DNA of 63,899 nucleotides, filler included, from Aduncisulcus paluster (lineage: Eukaryota): the NCBI GenBank assembly GCA_024181965.1. It is 7 parts of 7 records of this genome, joined end to end, with 100 filler letters (N's around TTAATTAATTAA, not from the genome) between each part and the next. Parts side by side here need not be neighbours in the genome. Positions count along the whole stretch, not along the records: positions 1 to 16,803 come from BQXS01012432.1; positions 16,904 to 25,277 come from BQXS01012436.1; 5 more parts are not named here. The stretch is one strand, 5' to 3'. This document shows positions 10,869 through 20,418 of the stretch, piece by piece (the stretch's first letter is position 1; each line of letters begins with the position of its first letter). The notes under the pieces were generated by a model, which ran no database searches, was not told the DNA's origin, and was given only the letters and a program-made list of their open reading frames with translations. The translations under genes and the position numbers were made by a program.

Positions 10869-12440
10869 CTACAATTCACCTCTATCAACTTTCTCAATGT
10901 ATTCAATAGCCATCTTTGCGCAAACTGACATCGTTCTCATGTCAACTTTATCAGCAGTATCCCTCGTTGTATGATAGTGCGTATCAACCATTGAGAAAGG
11001 AAGGCCCACAACACAAGCGGCAGGGATATTGAGAGAGGATAAAACACCAGCGTCTGTGCTTCCACCACCAATGGGCATTGGTTTTACGGTGACTTTGAAT
11101 GGATCATCTCCACGTTGCTCTTCTTGTTTGGAGACAGCGTCAAAACATGTTACAACAGATGATACCATGTTTTGATCAGCTTTCACAATTCCATTCACTT
11201 CGCTCTTCAACACAGCAAGGTCAGGCATATTGTAGATGGAATCGAACAAAATACAAGATATATTGGGGGAAGAGGAAGAAGAGGAAGAAGAGGAAGAGGG
11301 AAAGATCGAATGGTAAGGGAATTCAGTGCATACGGCCTCACCTCTCTTCTTTTTGTCTGCTTCTTCAAGACATTTCCGGACGAAAGCTTTCATTCCTCTT
11401 AATCCGGCTTCTTCAGCATCAGAGCTAACAAATATAATCCTTGTATTCTTGCAAGGTTTGTTATCGAAATATTTCATCACATTCTTACACAAAACACTAC
11501 AGGCCAAGTTGTCACCAATTCCCTTGCTGATTTTGTAAGGGTGGATGAAGAAAAGTGCTGGTAACAGGAGAACACCACTTGAGAGAGCAATGGTAGAGAA
11601 ATGAGATACAACGAAATGAGAAGGGTTAGAAAAAGATAATACAAGGGCTACAATGGCGAATATCATCACAATAAACATGCCAAATATTGGAGTCATTCCA
11701 CAAATCAGATAAAATCCCTGTAATTTGTCGTTTTCAAGAAGAGTGAAACACTTAGCAGCATCGTGGTGACCCCCAATCAAAACGGTCCGCTGCGGAACGG
11801 AAACATCTTTTTGTTCTTTGGTTTCATCGCTTGTCTCTTCATTAATGATCTCAATTTGGTGCACATCTACATACTCAGAAGAAGAGAAGGAAGGGGAAGC
11901 ACAAGATAAGACGCCAGATCTCTTCTGCTCTCTTTGTTTTTCAAACTTTTCTTTTTTCTTCTGAGCTTGACAATCTTTAATGGCAATAACATTTGAACAG
12001 GGTTTTTCCTTAAAAAGGAAATCAAAGGTCTTACCATAAAATAAGAACTGAACTACAAACAGAATAAAGGATATAAATGTGGAGACGAATGGAACCACAA
12101 TTGAAATGATACCAGTCAAAGGAATGGAAGCAAGAACACCAATGAGGAAGATAACGAATAATGCAGGGAAGAAGTTGGTAAATCCTGTTGTTTGAGTAGT
12201 AAAAGGCTGCAAAACAACATGATCCGAAACGGGACGCACTAAATCACTTAGAATGGATGCACACTTCAAACATCCTTTGGATCCAGCGAGACGAGGTCCA
12301 CAAATTTCACCAATAGCTTCAGCTTCATAAGCAGAATATGCAAATTCACGTTCTTCTTTTGGGAACCTTGTAACATCGTCAGAATATGACTTAAAGGGAT
12401 TAGAATGAGTGTGATCATGATGGTGGCAATGTGATACCAT
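10869..12440 (-). CDS. Membrane-associated M28 family Zn metallopeptidase
   Basis: GPRLAGS, IGGHHDAA, GIGDNLACS, SDAEEAGLRG, GGGSTDAG and HYHTTRDT motifs; two pairs of TM segments. Confidence 0.85.
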   Translation of the reverse strand: MVSHCHHHDHTHSNPFKSYSDDVTRFPKEEREFAYSAYEAEAIGEICGPRLAGSKGCLKCASILSDLVRPVSDHVVLQPFTTQTTGFTNFFPALFVIFLIGVLASIPLTGIISIVVPFVSTFISFILFVVQFLFYGKTFDFLFKEKPCSNVIAIKDCQAQKKKEKFEKQREQKRSGVLSCASPSFSSSEYVDVHQIEIINEETSDETKEQKDVSVPQRTVLIGGHHDAAKCFTLLENDKLQGFYLICGMTPIFGMFIVMIFAIVALVLSFSNPSHFVVSHFSTIALSSGVLLLPALFFIHPYKISKGIGDNLACSVLCKNVMKYFDNKPCKNTRIIFVSSDAEEAGLRGMKAFVRKCLEEADKKKRGEAVCTEFPYHSIFPSSSSSSSSSSPNISCILFDSIYNMPDLAVLKSEVNGIVKADQNMVSSVVTCFDAVSKQEEQRGDDPFKVTVKPMPIGGGSTDAGVLSSLNIPAACVVGLPFSMVDTHYHTTRDTADKVDMRTMSVCAKMAIEYIEKVDRGEL

Positions 12441-12832
12441 AATAATATTAAAACGAAATTACACCTGTGCAAGCAAATACGAATCGGAAAAATGTTTCAT
12501 GAATGGGCAGGGAGAAATGAATCACATGATATCACCCTGACTTGGGAAAGAGGGGGAGGGGGAGCGAATATTTATACTACATTACATAAATTAAATATAT
12601 TGCTGAAACAGTGAAATAACATTATATTTTAAGTCAAGGAATGATTCACAATTAGTGATTTTGATTCTTTTTTTGCGAAAATTATTCTGCGGCCTTTTAA
12701 TAAATACAAGAATAAAATATTTCTAATTGTTTGTCATTACATTTTCAAATAATGAGTTTAATTTCAGTTTGAATTCGTCCTGAATTCTTCAAAAAGTTCA
12801 AACCTGAAGTTCAAGCCTTTGTCGAGACAACG

Positions 12833-13177
12833 ATGACTCATGATGATGGTTGTTTCTCTTTGGTAGATTTGGTGAATATTTTTGGTGAAAGCCGTCCATC
12901 TTTTTGCGATTCTGAAGATGATATGTGGGATTCTACATATTCAGATTCCCAGGAATCCTTTCGAGCAATTTCATCCAGAGAAGAGATTATTATCGATGAT
13001 TATACGCCAGAATTATTTCACGATGATTCATCAAATGTCAATTCCGATCTTCACCTCTCTTTTGTTCCCTTTCGTAAGAATTCGAGCTCATTTGGTTCCC
13101 TTTTTCTTATAGAATCAACACAAGCTCTGTCACATTCTTCTTTTGTTCCTGAATCTCCCAAGCAACCATGGAAATGA
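12833..13177 (+). CDS. Hypothetical acidic/Ser-rich small protein
   Basis: 114-aa ATG ORF, richer in GC than its flanks; no recognisable domain. Confidence 0.4.
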   Translation: MTHDDGCFSLVDLVNIFGESRPSFCDSEDDMWDSTYSDSQESFRAISSREEIIIDDYTPELFHDDSSNVNSDLHLSFVPFRKNSSSFGSLFLIESTQALSHSSFVPESPKQPWK

Positions 13178-13859
13178 TGTATTTTTTTGGTATTTTTATT
13201 ATTTTTTCATTCCTTCTTTCTTTTTCTTTGTTTTAATATTTTTTTAGACATTCTTTGTGATGTTTTTTAATAATTTTAGATTATTCCATTTTATATTTAT
13301 TATTAATTTAAAATTTAAGAATGTATGGATTTGTGTTGTTTTTCGCTTCTATGTTCTCCTTTTCAAAATATCCATGCATTTTTATGTTTTATAGAATTTT
13401 TTTATCAACATTAAACGTATTTTTGTTGTTACTGGTTTGTTTTTTTTCTCCTTTTCCCAACTTTTTTTTTTTTTTCCACATTTTATTCATGCTCCAATGT
13501 TATCTTTTTTTTGTTTTCAATATGTTGATCATTTGCGATTATTGATCTTTTTTACTTTAATATTAAAACTGCGAATCACAGATGTGATTTTTCGAAATCT
13601 CAGATTATAAGAGGCTCTTATATCAGTAAATATTTTTTACTATTGAACCGACGACTCTTATATTTCTCCATATTTTCAAAGTTCTTGCCGCATGAATGGC
13701 GGCCCTTTAACAACACATATTGTGTATCACGCAAATCCGGATTTTCCTTGCAAAATTTGGAACCGTTTGAATATTTATTCTTATAAAAAATGTAATAATT
13801 CATTATTCATTTCTTCCTTCCCTTTTTTTGATAATTTTTTGTCTTTCAGTGAAAAGAAA

Positions 13860-14056
13860 GGCGTCTTGATTCAATCTATCCATCCGAAGTGCGTCACAAG
13901 CCCAACGATCAAATACTGGGCAGAAGGGGGGGCAAACAGAGACTTGGCTAGCCTTGAGTCAATCGGATTCATGTAGAGAATCGACAATTTTACATTGTCG
14001 AGGTCATCATGACCTCTTCCAATGATTGGAAGACCGTATGGTATCAGAAGCCGATA
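13860..14056. other. GC-rich intergenic island of nested and chained inverted repeats (structured ncRNA or element candidate)
   Basis: Pairings GATTC/GAATC, ATCCGA/TCGGAT and GCCCA/TGGGC, then three abutting perfect palindromes at 13981-14001, 14000-14016 and 14015-14033. Confidence 0.5.
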
Positions 14057-14094
14057 GAAGGAATAATATTTATTTCAAAGTTTAATTAATAGTA

Positions 14095-16581
14095 TTAGTA
14101 CATTAGAATCCCATATATCACAATATTGGACCCCCCAGAATTGATAATTTTTATAGACTGAACATTTGCCATGTCAATATCAAAGCAATACCAACCGAGC
14201 TCCCAGATCTCCTTTGAAATTGAATATGACAGCTCGAATTGTTTTGATTCGATGACATCAGAAGCTAAGTGATACCGAATTGAAAGAGGATTACGCTCGG
14301 GGAAAGGGAAATGAAGCCTTGAAAAGCACATATAAAAGCCTCCAAAATGATCGACAGGATGATGAAATTTAAGGGAAATCTCCTTAAATTCCTGAGAATG
14401 TACTCCTTTCCCTTTCAAAAGTTCAATAATACGCTTTGGAGAATTCGTAATTATCTTACTTGATGATAACTTCGTGACGCGGACAGAATCGAAATCAAGA
14501 ACACTAATGGGGTTGCAAAAACCTTCTTCAGTGGAGATAATTGGAGGTTCGAATCCCACAGGTGGTATTTTCCCTCGACGTGGATCATGTCCAACCTTAA
14601 TAAACTCAGCCATTGATGATACCAGTGGAATCATCCCATTTCGTGGCAATCCAGAAACACTCTCATGGAATTTGTGGTTATAATTCGGATAACCTCCATA
14701 CATTGCTCCAGTGGAAGGTGAATATGAGCTCATGCTTGATGGAATGGTTGGTGTGATTGGTAAGGAATGTGGAGAATGGGCGATATCCATCACCTGAGAA
14801 TGAGAAGGATGCATATACGAATGATTGTAATGGTGAACGGAAGGGTTCGAACTAATCAAACGAGTATGAGACGAACTTATGCCATCAGATTCATGGCCGG
14901 AGTGTTGTCGATGTCCATCACGATCAACTCCGTCAATATCCTCCCAATCTTTAACATCGCTCCGATACTCTTGATAATGTTGATGTGGAGACATTATTGG
15001 AAGAGAAGGTGGAATATGCCGAAGAGTTGGATCGGATCTGGATGGAGTTCGAAGGTTCGGGAGTCGTCTATCATCAACAACGAAAGGTGAAGAGAAAGAG
15101 GAATGTGATGGTGGAGATGTTGGCGTTATTATTCCAACACCATATTGCGGTTGTTGATATTGCTGTAGATATTGTTGCTCATGTTGTTGTCCATATCTAA
15201 AAATAGAATGAGAATATTGATGGTCCATTAATGGATAAGTTAATCCTTGTAATCTTCCCTGAGTAACATCATGATACGGCATCGGGTGGGATGAATCCAA
15301 GTTGTATGATGATTGTGATGGTATGTCGCAAGGTGTCATTGAAATCTGTTTTTGTTGGTCAGTTTTTGACCCATCTACCATTGTTTGTTCCAATGTTACA
15401 GTACTGGAGGAAGGATCGTGTGAAATACTTGCTTTTGGCATGTGGGATTCTGAAGATTGCTGTAATGCAGACGAGATAGAATATTGTCCGACCATTGATG
15501 GATTATCCTGTGACATTGTGTCGTGCTTATGTTCAGTGGTTACTTCAGGATGTTCGTGTATTTCATCATATAATACTCGATGGGGCTCGTCACCATGAAA
15601 ATCATGTGATTCTTCAGAGATATTTTCAGAGTGGTGAGATTGAAGAGAAGAGAGAAGAACAGAGGAAGATGAAGCCGGAGCTGGATGACCAAGATCTTTA
15701 TCTTCATCTTGGATGGCAGAGTGTATGTCATCACAAGCTGTCTCCACTTTACCAGAGATACTCGAAGAACTACGAATACTTTGTAAAGGAGGAGAGGGCA
15801 CAGTTGTTGGAGTTAAGGGATTTTCATGCATTGATTTTTGTTGTGAAGATTTGTCAGAATCAACCGTGGAATCGTGAGAAGATGGGTGAGAGATCGGAAC
15901 AGCATTGCAATGGCCATCTTTCTTTTCTTGAGAGACAGGGACAGGTCTGTCTATTTTTGGACTAATTTGAGAAACAGCTTCAGGGCAAGAATGATTATCA
16001 GCATTATCTTCAGAGCATGTACTAACCTTTTCCTCTTCCTCTTCCTCTTCCTCTTCCTCTTCTTCTTCTTCCTCTTTCTCTTCCTCTTCCTCTTCCTCTT
16101 CTTCTTCTTCCTCTTTCTCTTCTTCTTCTTCCTCCTCCTCTTCTTCTTCTTCCTCCTCCTCTTCTTCTTCGTCGATGTGCTCAGCTTCAATTTTTTCTGG
16201 GAAATTCTCACTATAACGTTGAGAAGACTTTTCTTGACTTTGTGAGGACCTTTCTTGATCTTCTGAATAGCATAATTGAGAAACTTCTTCATCAGAATAG
16301 TCAGAATCTCTTGGAGATAAAGGATCACTTTGTTGGTCTATGAAATCATCGTTGTTGGTCTCATGCATTTCTTCTTCTTCTTCTCCTTCTCTTTCTTTCT
16401 TTTCTCCCTCAATGATTTGATATAAATTAGTTTCCTCTTCTTGTTCTACATATTGCTCTTCTTCTTGCTCTTCTTCTTGCTCTTCTTCTTGCTCTTCTTC
16501 TTCCTTCTTTTCTTGTTTGTAATTTGGATAAGAATCATTCATATTATCATTTTCCCCAAATAATGATGGGGTATTCATCAT
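14095..16581 (-). CDS. Glu-rich/Ser-His-Pro-rich disordered protein with a C-terminal ~150-aa globular beta-rich domain
   Basis: 828-aa ORF with poly-E tracts. The C-terminus (EFIKVG...IISTEE...LLKGKG...FKEISLKF...GFYMCF...WYCFDIDMANVQSIKI) resembles a domain I recall as expanded in Aduncisulcus proteins (not verified). Confidence 0.7.
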   Translation of the reverse strand: MMNTPSLFGENDNMNDSYPNYKQEKKEEEEQEEEQEEEQEEEQYVEQEEETNLYQIIEGEKKEREGEEEEEMHETNNDDFIDQQSDPLSPRDSDYSDEEVSQLCYSEDQERSSQSQEKSSQRYSENFPEKIEAEHIDEEEEEEEEEEEEEEEEEEKEEEEEEEEEEEEKEEEEEEEEEEEEEEEKVSTCSEDNADNHSCPEAVSQISPKIDRPVPVSQEKKDGHCNAVPISHPSSHDSTVDSDKSSQQKSMHENPLTPTTVPSPPLQSIRSSSSISGKVETACDDIHSAIQDEDKDLGHPAPASSSSVLLSSLQSHHSENISEESHDFHGDEPHRVLYDEIHEHPEVTTEHKHDTMSQDNPSMVGQYSISSALQQSSESHMPKASISHDPSSSTVTLEQTMVDGSKTDQQKQISMTPCDIPSQSSYNLDSSHPMPYHDVTQGRLQGLTYPLMDHQYSHSIFRYGQQHEQQYLQQYQQPQYGVGIITPTSPPSHSSFSSPFVVDDRRLPNLRTPSRSDPTLRHIPPSLPIMSPHQHYQEYRSDVKDWEDIDGVDRDGHRQHSGHESDGISSSHTRLISSNPSVHHYNHSYMHPSHSQVMDIAHSPHSLPITPTIPSSMSSYSPSTGAMYGGYPNYNHKFHESVSGLPRNGMIPLVSSMAEFIKVGHDPRRGKIPPVGFEPPIISTEEGFCNPISVLDFDSVRVTKLSSSKIITNSPKRIIELLKGKGVHSQEFKEISLKFHHPVDHFGGFYMCFSRLHFPFPERNPLSIRYHLASDVIESKQFELSYSISKEIWELGWYCFDIDMANVQSIKIINSGGSNIVIYGILMY

Positions 16582-16803
16582 CCCAAAAATATCAACATCA
16601 CTGCGTTTCCTTTGTGTTTCAGCAGTTTCAGTCGAGAAGCTTCCAAAAATACAAGGATCGCGATCAAAATCTTCTCTTTTCTTCTTTTCTTCTTCTTCTT
16701 TTCTAAATTTAGAAACAGAATGTTCTGCTTGATCGGTAGGATTGTCAAGAACTGGAGAATATTCAAAAATACCAAAATCTTCCTCTCTCTTCTCTTCTTC
16801 TTC

Positions 16804-16903
16804 NNNNNNNNNNNNNNNNNNNNNNNNNNNNNNNNNNNNNNNNNNNNTTAATTAATTAANNNNNNNNNNNNNNNNNNNNNNNNNNNNNNNNNNNNNNNNN
16901 NNN
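16804..16903. other. Artificial contig linker (also 25278-25377, 42639-42738, 48529-48628, 55244-55343, 62417-62516)
   Basis: Identical 100-nt N44-TTAATTAATTAA-N44 spacer with stops in all six frames; genes are cut at its edges. Confidence 0.98.
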
Positions 16904-18436
16904 CATACACCGGGAAGCAAAGGATTCGCTGATAAATCAGATAAAATCAAGGGGAGCTCAATGCGCCAACTTGGAGGGAGACGGCGTTTCTCCTCTGCTC
17001 TCGAGTCGGACTCTACGACTCCTGGCCGAGGTCTTTCCACTTCCTCCACTCTCCCTTCCCCCCAGTCTCCTTCGGGACCTGAGAGTTCTTCTCAGTCGGC
17101 TCTTTCAGTCTTGATGCAGCTTGCATTCCTTCCTATCTGTTCATCTTACTCCCTGTCTTCCTCAAACCCTCCTTCTGAGTCCACAGTGTCCTTCCTCCAA
17201 GATATCTCCACGGTGGGACTTATCCATATCACGACAGAGGAGGGTGTGTGTGAGGGAGAAGAAGGGGGCAAACAACAACCGGACATACAGGCTGAAACCG
17301 GCACCACTCTCCGGTTTGAACCGGCACATCTTCCACGTGCTGCTTCCTCATCTTCAGCATCCTTTCCCTCTTCAAAAGGTCCCATCGATGATAAATACCC
17401 TAAGTCTGCATACAGAAAGCATATAGTAGTTCGTGTAACAAGGCTTCTCAAGGGAATCGTTGGTGGAGATGAATCTATTGGATCTGATGAATTTGATGAA
17501 GGAGGACAAGCGGGCTCTTCCTCTTCCTCTTCTTCTTCCTCTTCTTCAGCATCACATGGTTCTCGTGACACTAAGCAGGATGTGGATGCACTGTATGGTG
17601 TGAAAGAAGAGGAAGAGGAGCCAGATTGGATGAACGAGAGTGATACCGATGATTTTGATCGTTTTATAGCTTCTGAGGATGATATTACAACTGCTGATAA
17701 AATGAAACATAGATCTTCTTCTCAGGCCCAAGATAATGGTGGGACTGGCAGTACTGTTAGCACTACAAGAAGTACCAAGAGTGCCGTTGAAGTATCTTCC
17801 AGACATCATACTCGATCAGTTACTGCTGTTGATAATTCCTTCGAGCTCTACTCACAGCTCCCTGCTCCCCCTCCACCTGCACGTATCCTTGTAGAGACCA
17901 ATTTCAGACTTTATTTATACACCCACTCAGAGACTCATCGTATTATTGTGTCTTGGTTCAGCGATGTTGTCTTCTTGTTACCTGGCCTTTGTGTATGTCA
18001 GATTACAAATGAATCGATCATCAGAGCTGCCGAATTGGGTCTTAATGAGGAGTCTATTGCTTCATTCTTGTCCCATCATGCCCATCCAGCCTCTCATACT
18101 CGTGCAGAAGGACAACAACTTCCTCTCAATGTTCTTGAACAAATGGTCGTCTGGTTTAGGGAGTTAAAACGGCTAAAAAAGACATCTAACTGTGTATATA
18201 TTGGTAACGGTGAAGATGAAAGACTTGGAAAGGAAGAAATAGAAAGCAATAAGAGCATTGGAACAGAATCGACAATTGAACCAATTGCCGGAGCCCAGAC
18301 AAATCCTTTCGAGGAAATGCGGAAAAAGGTGCGTGAAGAGGGGGAATTATTATGGGAAAATAGATCAGGAGTCGTTGTTACGATGAGAGGTGCTTGTATC
18401 GCTCGAGATGAATTTGGGATCGATATCGACAAATAA
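16904..18436 (+). CDS. TFB2: TFIIH subunit p52/Tfb2 (5'-partial) with large low-complexity insertions
   Basis: ILVETNFRLYLYT...WFSDVVFLLPGLCVCQITNESIIRAAELGLNEESIASFLSHHAHP...LPLNVLEQMVVWFRELKRL matches Tfb2; the frame is open to the contig edge. Confidence 0.88.
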   Translation, partial: HTPGSKGFADKSDKIKGSSMRQLGGRRRFSSALESDSTTPGRGLSTSSTLPSPQSPSGPESSSQSALSVLMQLAFLPICSSYSLSSSNPPSESTVSFLQDISTVGLIHITTEEGVCEGEEGGKQQPDIQAETGTTLRFEPAHLPRAASSSSASFPSSKGPIDDKYPKSAYRKHIVVRVTRLLKGIVGGDESIGSDEFDEGGQAGSSSSSSSSSSSASHGSRDTKQDVDALYGVKEEEEEPDWMNESDTDDFDRFIASEDDITTADKMKHRSSSQAQDNGGTGSTVSTTRSTKSAVEVSSRHHTRSVTAVDNSFELYSQLPAPPPPARILVETNFRLYLYTHSETHRIIVSWFSDVVFLLPGLCVCQITNESIIRAAELGLNEESIASFLSHHAHPASHTRAEGQQLPLNVLEQMVVWFRELKRLKKTSNCVYIGNGEDERLGKEEIESNKSIGTESTIEPIAGAQTNPFEEMRKKVREEGELLWENRSGVVVTMRGACIARDEFGIDIDK

Positions 18437-18453
18437 TTGATTAAAAAAATATA

Positions 18454-19838
18454 AATTTGAAATTTACAGTCCATTGGTGAATAATTATTTGCTTCTTAAT
18501 TTTATTTTGGCTTCCTAATTTTGTCTATCCATGAATAGCCACTGCGGAAGATCGACGATCTGACAGAACTTCAAGTTCTGTCATACAAAGTTTGTATGGA
18601 GGGCTATTTAAAGAGAAGAAAAAAAGAAGCATGGGCATTTTATTTGGAAATTCCTAAAATAAACTTATTCTTTGCATTTATTATTATTATTTTTAAAACG
18701 TTTCCCTCAGACTCCATTTTGACACAATATTCAAGGTTTATAACCACCCGGTTTAATTTTCTTTATAAATCATATTATCTCGCTTTCTTTTCTGTATAAA
18801 TATATATATATATTCTCTCTCAACACATGTTCGAAAGAGAAGAGGATTATGTATGTGCACCATTCGTATTTTCACCCCAAAAATAATATTTTCCTATTTA
18901 TAATGTATTTTTACTCATTCTTCTTCATTTCTATTTGGATTATTTGAAATTTACAGTCCATTGGTGAATAATTATTTGCTTCTTAATTTTATTTTGGCTT
19001 CCTAATTTTGTCTATCCATGAATAGCCACTGCGGAAGATCGACGATCTGACAGAACTTCAAGTTCTGTCATACAAAGTTTGTATGGAGGGCTATTTAAAG
19101 AGAAGAAAAAAAGAAGCATGGGCATTTTATTTGGAAATTCCTAAAATAAACTTATTCTTTGCATTTATTATTATTATTTTTAAAACGTTTCCCTCAGACT
19201 CCATTTTGACACAATATTCAAGGTTTATAACCACCCGGTTTAATTTTCTTTATAAATCATATTATCTCGCTTTCTTTTCTGTATAAATATATATATATAT
19301 TCTCTCTCAACACATGTTCGAAAGAGAAGAGGATTATGTATGTGCACCATTCGTATTTTCACCCCAAAAATAATATTTTCCTATTTATAATGTATTTTTA
19401 CTCATGGCTTCCTAATTTTGTCTATCCATGAATAGCCACTGCGGAAGATCGACGATCTGACAGAACTTCAAGTTCTGTCATACAAAGTTTGTATGGAGGG
19501 CTATTTAAAGAGAAGAAAAAAAGAAGCATGGGCATTTTATTTGGAAATTCCTAAAATAAACTTATTCTTTGCATTTATTATTATTATTTTTAAAACGTTT
19601 CCCTCAGACTCCATTTTGACACAATATTCAAGGTTTATAACCACCCGGTTTAATTTTCTTTATAAATCATATTATCTCGCTTTCTTTTCTGTATAAATAT
19701 ATATATATATTCTCTCTCAACACATGTTCGAAAGAGAAGAGGATTATGTATGTGCACCATTCGTATTTTCACCCCAAAAATAATATTTTCCTATTTATAA
19801 TGTATTTTTACTCATTCTTCTTCATTTCTATTTGGATT
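18454..19838. repeat. Three apparently identical tandem copies (periods 487 and 410 bp); probably an assembly artefact
   Basis: The same 67-aa spurious ORF recurs at 18596, 19083 and 19493. Only the last copy connects to a downstream exon. Confidence 0.85.
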
Positions 19839-20107
19839 TAAAGAGAAATGATGAAATCTGGCGAACTTGCCAAGATCCAGACGTTAAAAAGATAGAGAAC
19901 ACAAATTCTCAGAATTGGTTCTATACTGAAGATATTTTTGACAAACCCCCCACTGATATTTCTGATGGTCGCAAGGCTCGCAAGAATCCAGATTTAACAT
20001 ACTGCGATGAATGGTCTTATAGCGATTCCGATGAGACAATCTCCGTTTTTCACCGAACTCCTTTTTGCAATCCTTTAAATTATCATATTTTTCAAGGTGA
20101 AAAATGA
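19724..20107 (+). CDS. Small spliced hypothetical protein (95 aa): exons 19724-19747 and 19844-20107
   Basis: MFEREEDY|GTATGT...TTTAAAG|RNDEIWRTCQDPD...; the phase-0 join is in frame and the intron contains an in-frame stop. The AAG acceptor is less typical. Confidence 0.6.
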
Positions 20108-20418
20108 CATTCTCATCTCATAATCGCGTCCATTCTTGTTTTATCTACTTATATTTTTTTTTGTTCTTCAGCGTGTTAATTTCTCTAAGACAATGTAAAT
20201 AATCTTTTCTTGTTATTATTATTTTTATTTTTTATTTTACTTTTGTTAGAGTTAGATTATCGTTTTCACCAACCATAAATATATATTTTTTTGCAATTAA
20301 AACTTAGTATTTGCATCATCTTATCAATTCTAGTAAAAATGAAGTAAAACCACTTATTATTTTATATATGGTGCGGGAATGTGTTTTTCGATTTATTCAG
20401 GTTTTGATAACTTATACA

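Noticed and set aside
13936..13952. ACAGAGA...AGC as U6 snRNA
   Set aside because: Spacing to AGC is 7 nt rather than 5, and there is no recognisable U6 ISL or U2-pairing sequence.
16804..16903. TTAATTAATTAA palindrome flanked by Ns, six occurrences
   Set aside because: Artificial contig-joining spacer; gene neighbourhoods across it are meaningless.
18454..19838. Triple repeat with a 67-aa ORF (MEGYLKRRKK...) as a CRISPR-like array or gene array
   Set aside because: Copies look identical with unequal periods and no spacers. The ORF is AT-rich noise. Most likely a gap-filling artefact.
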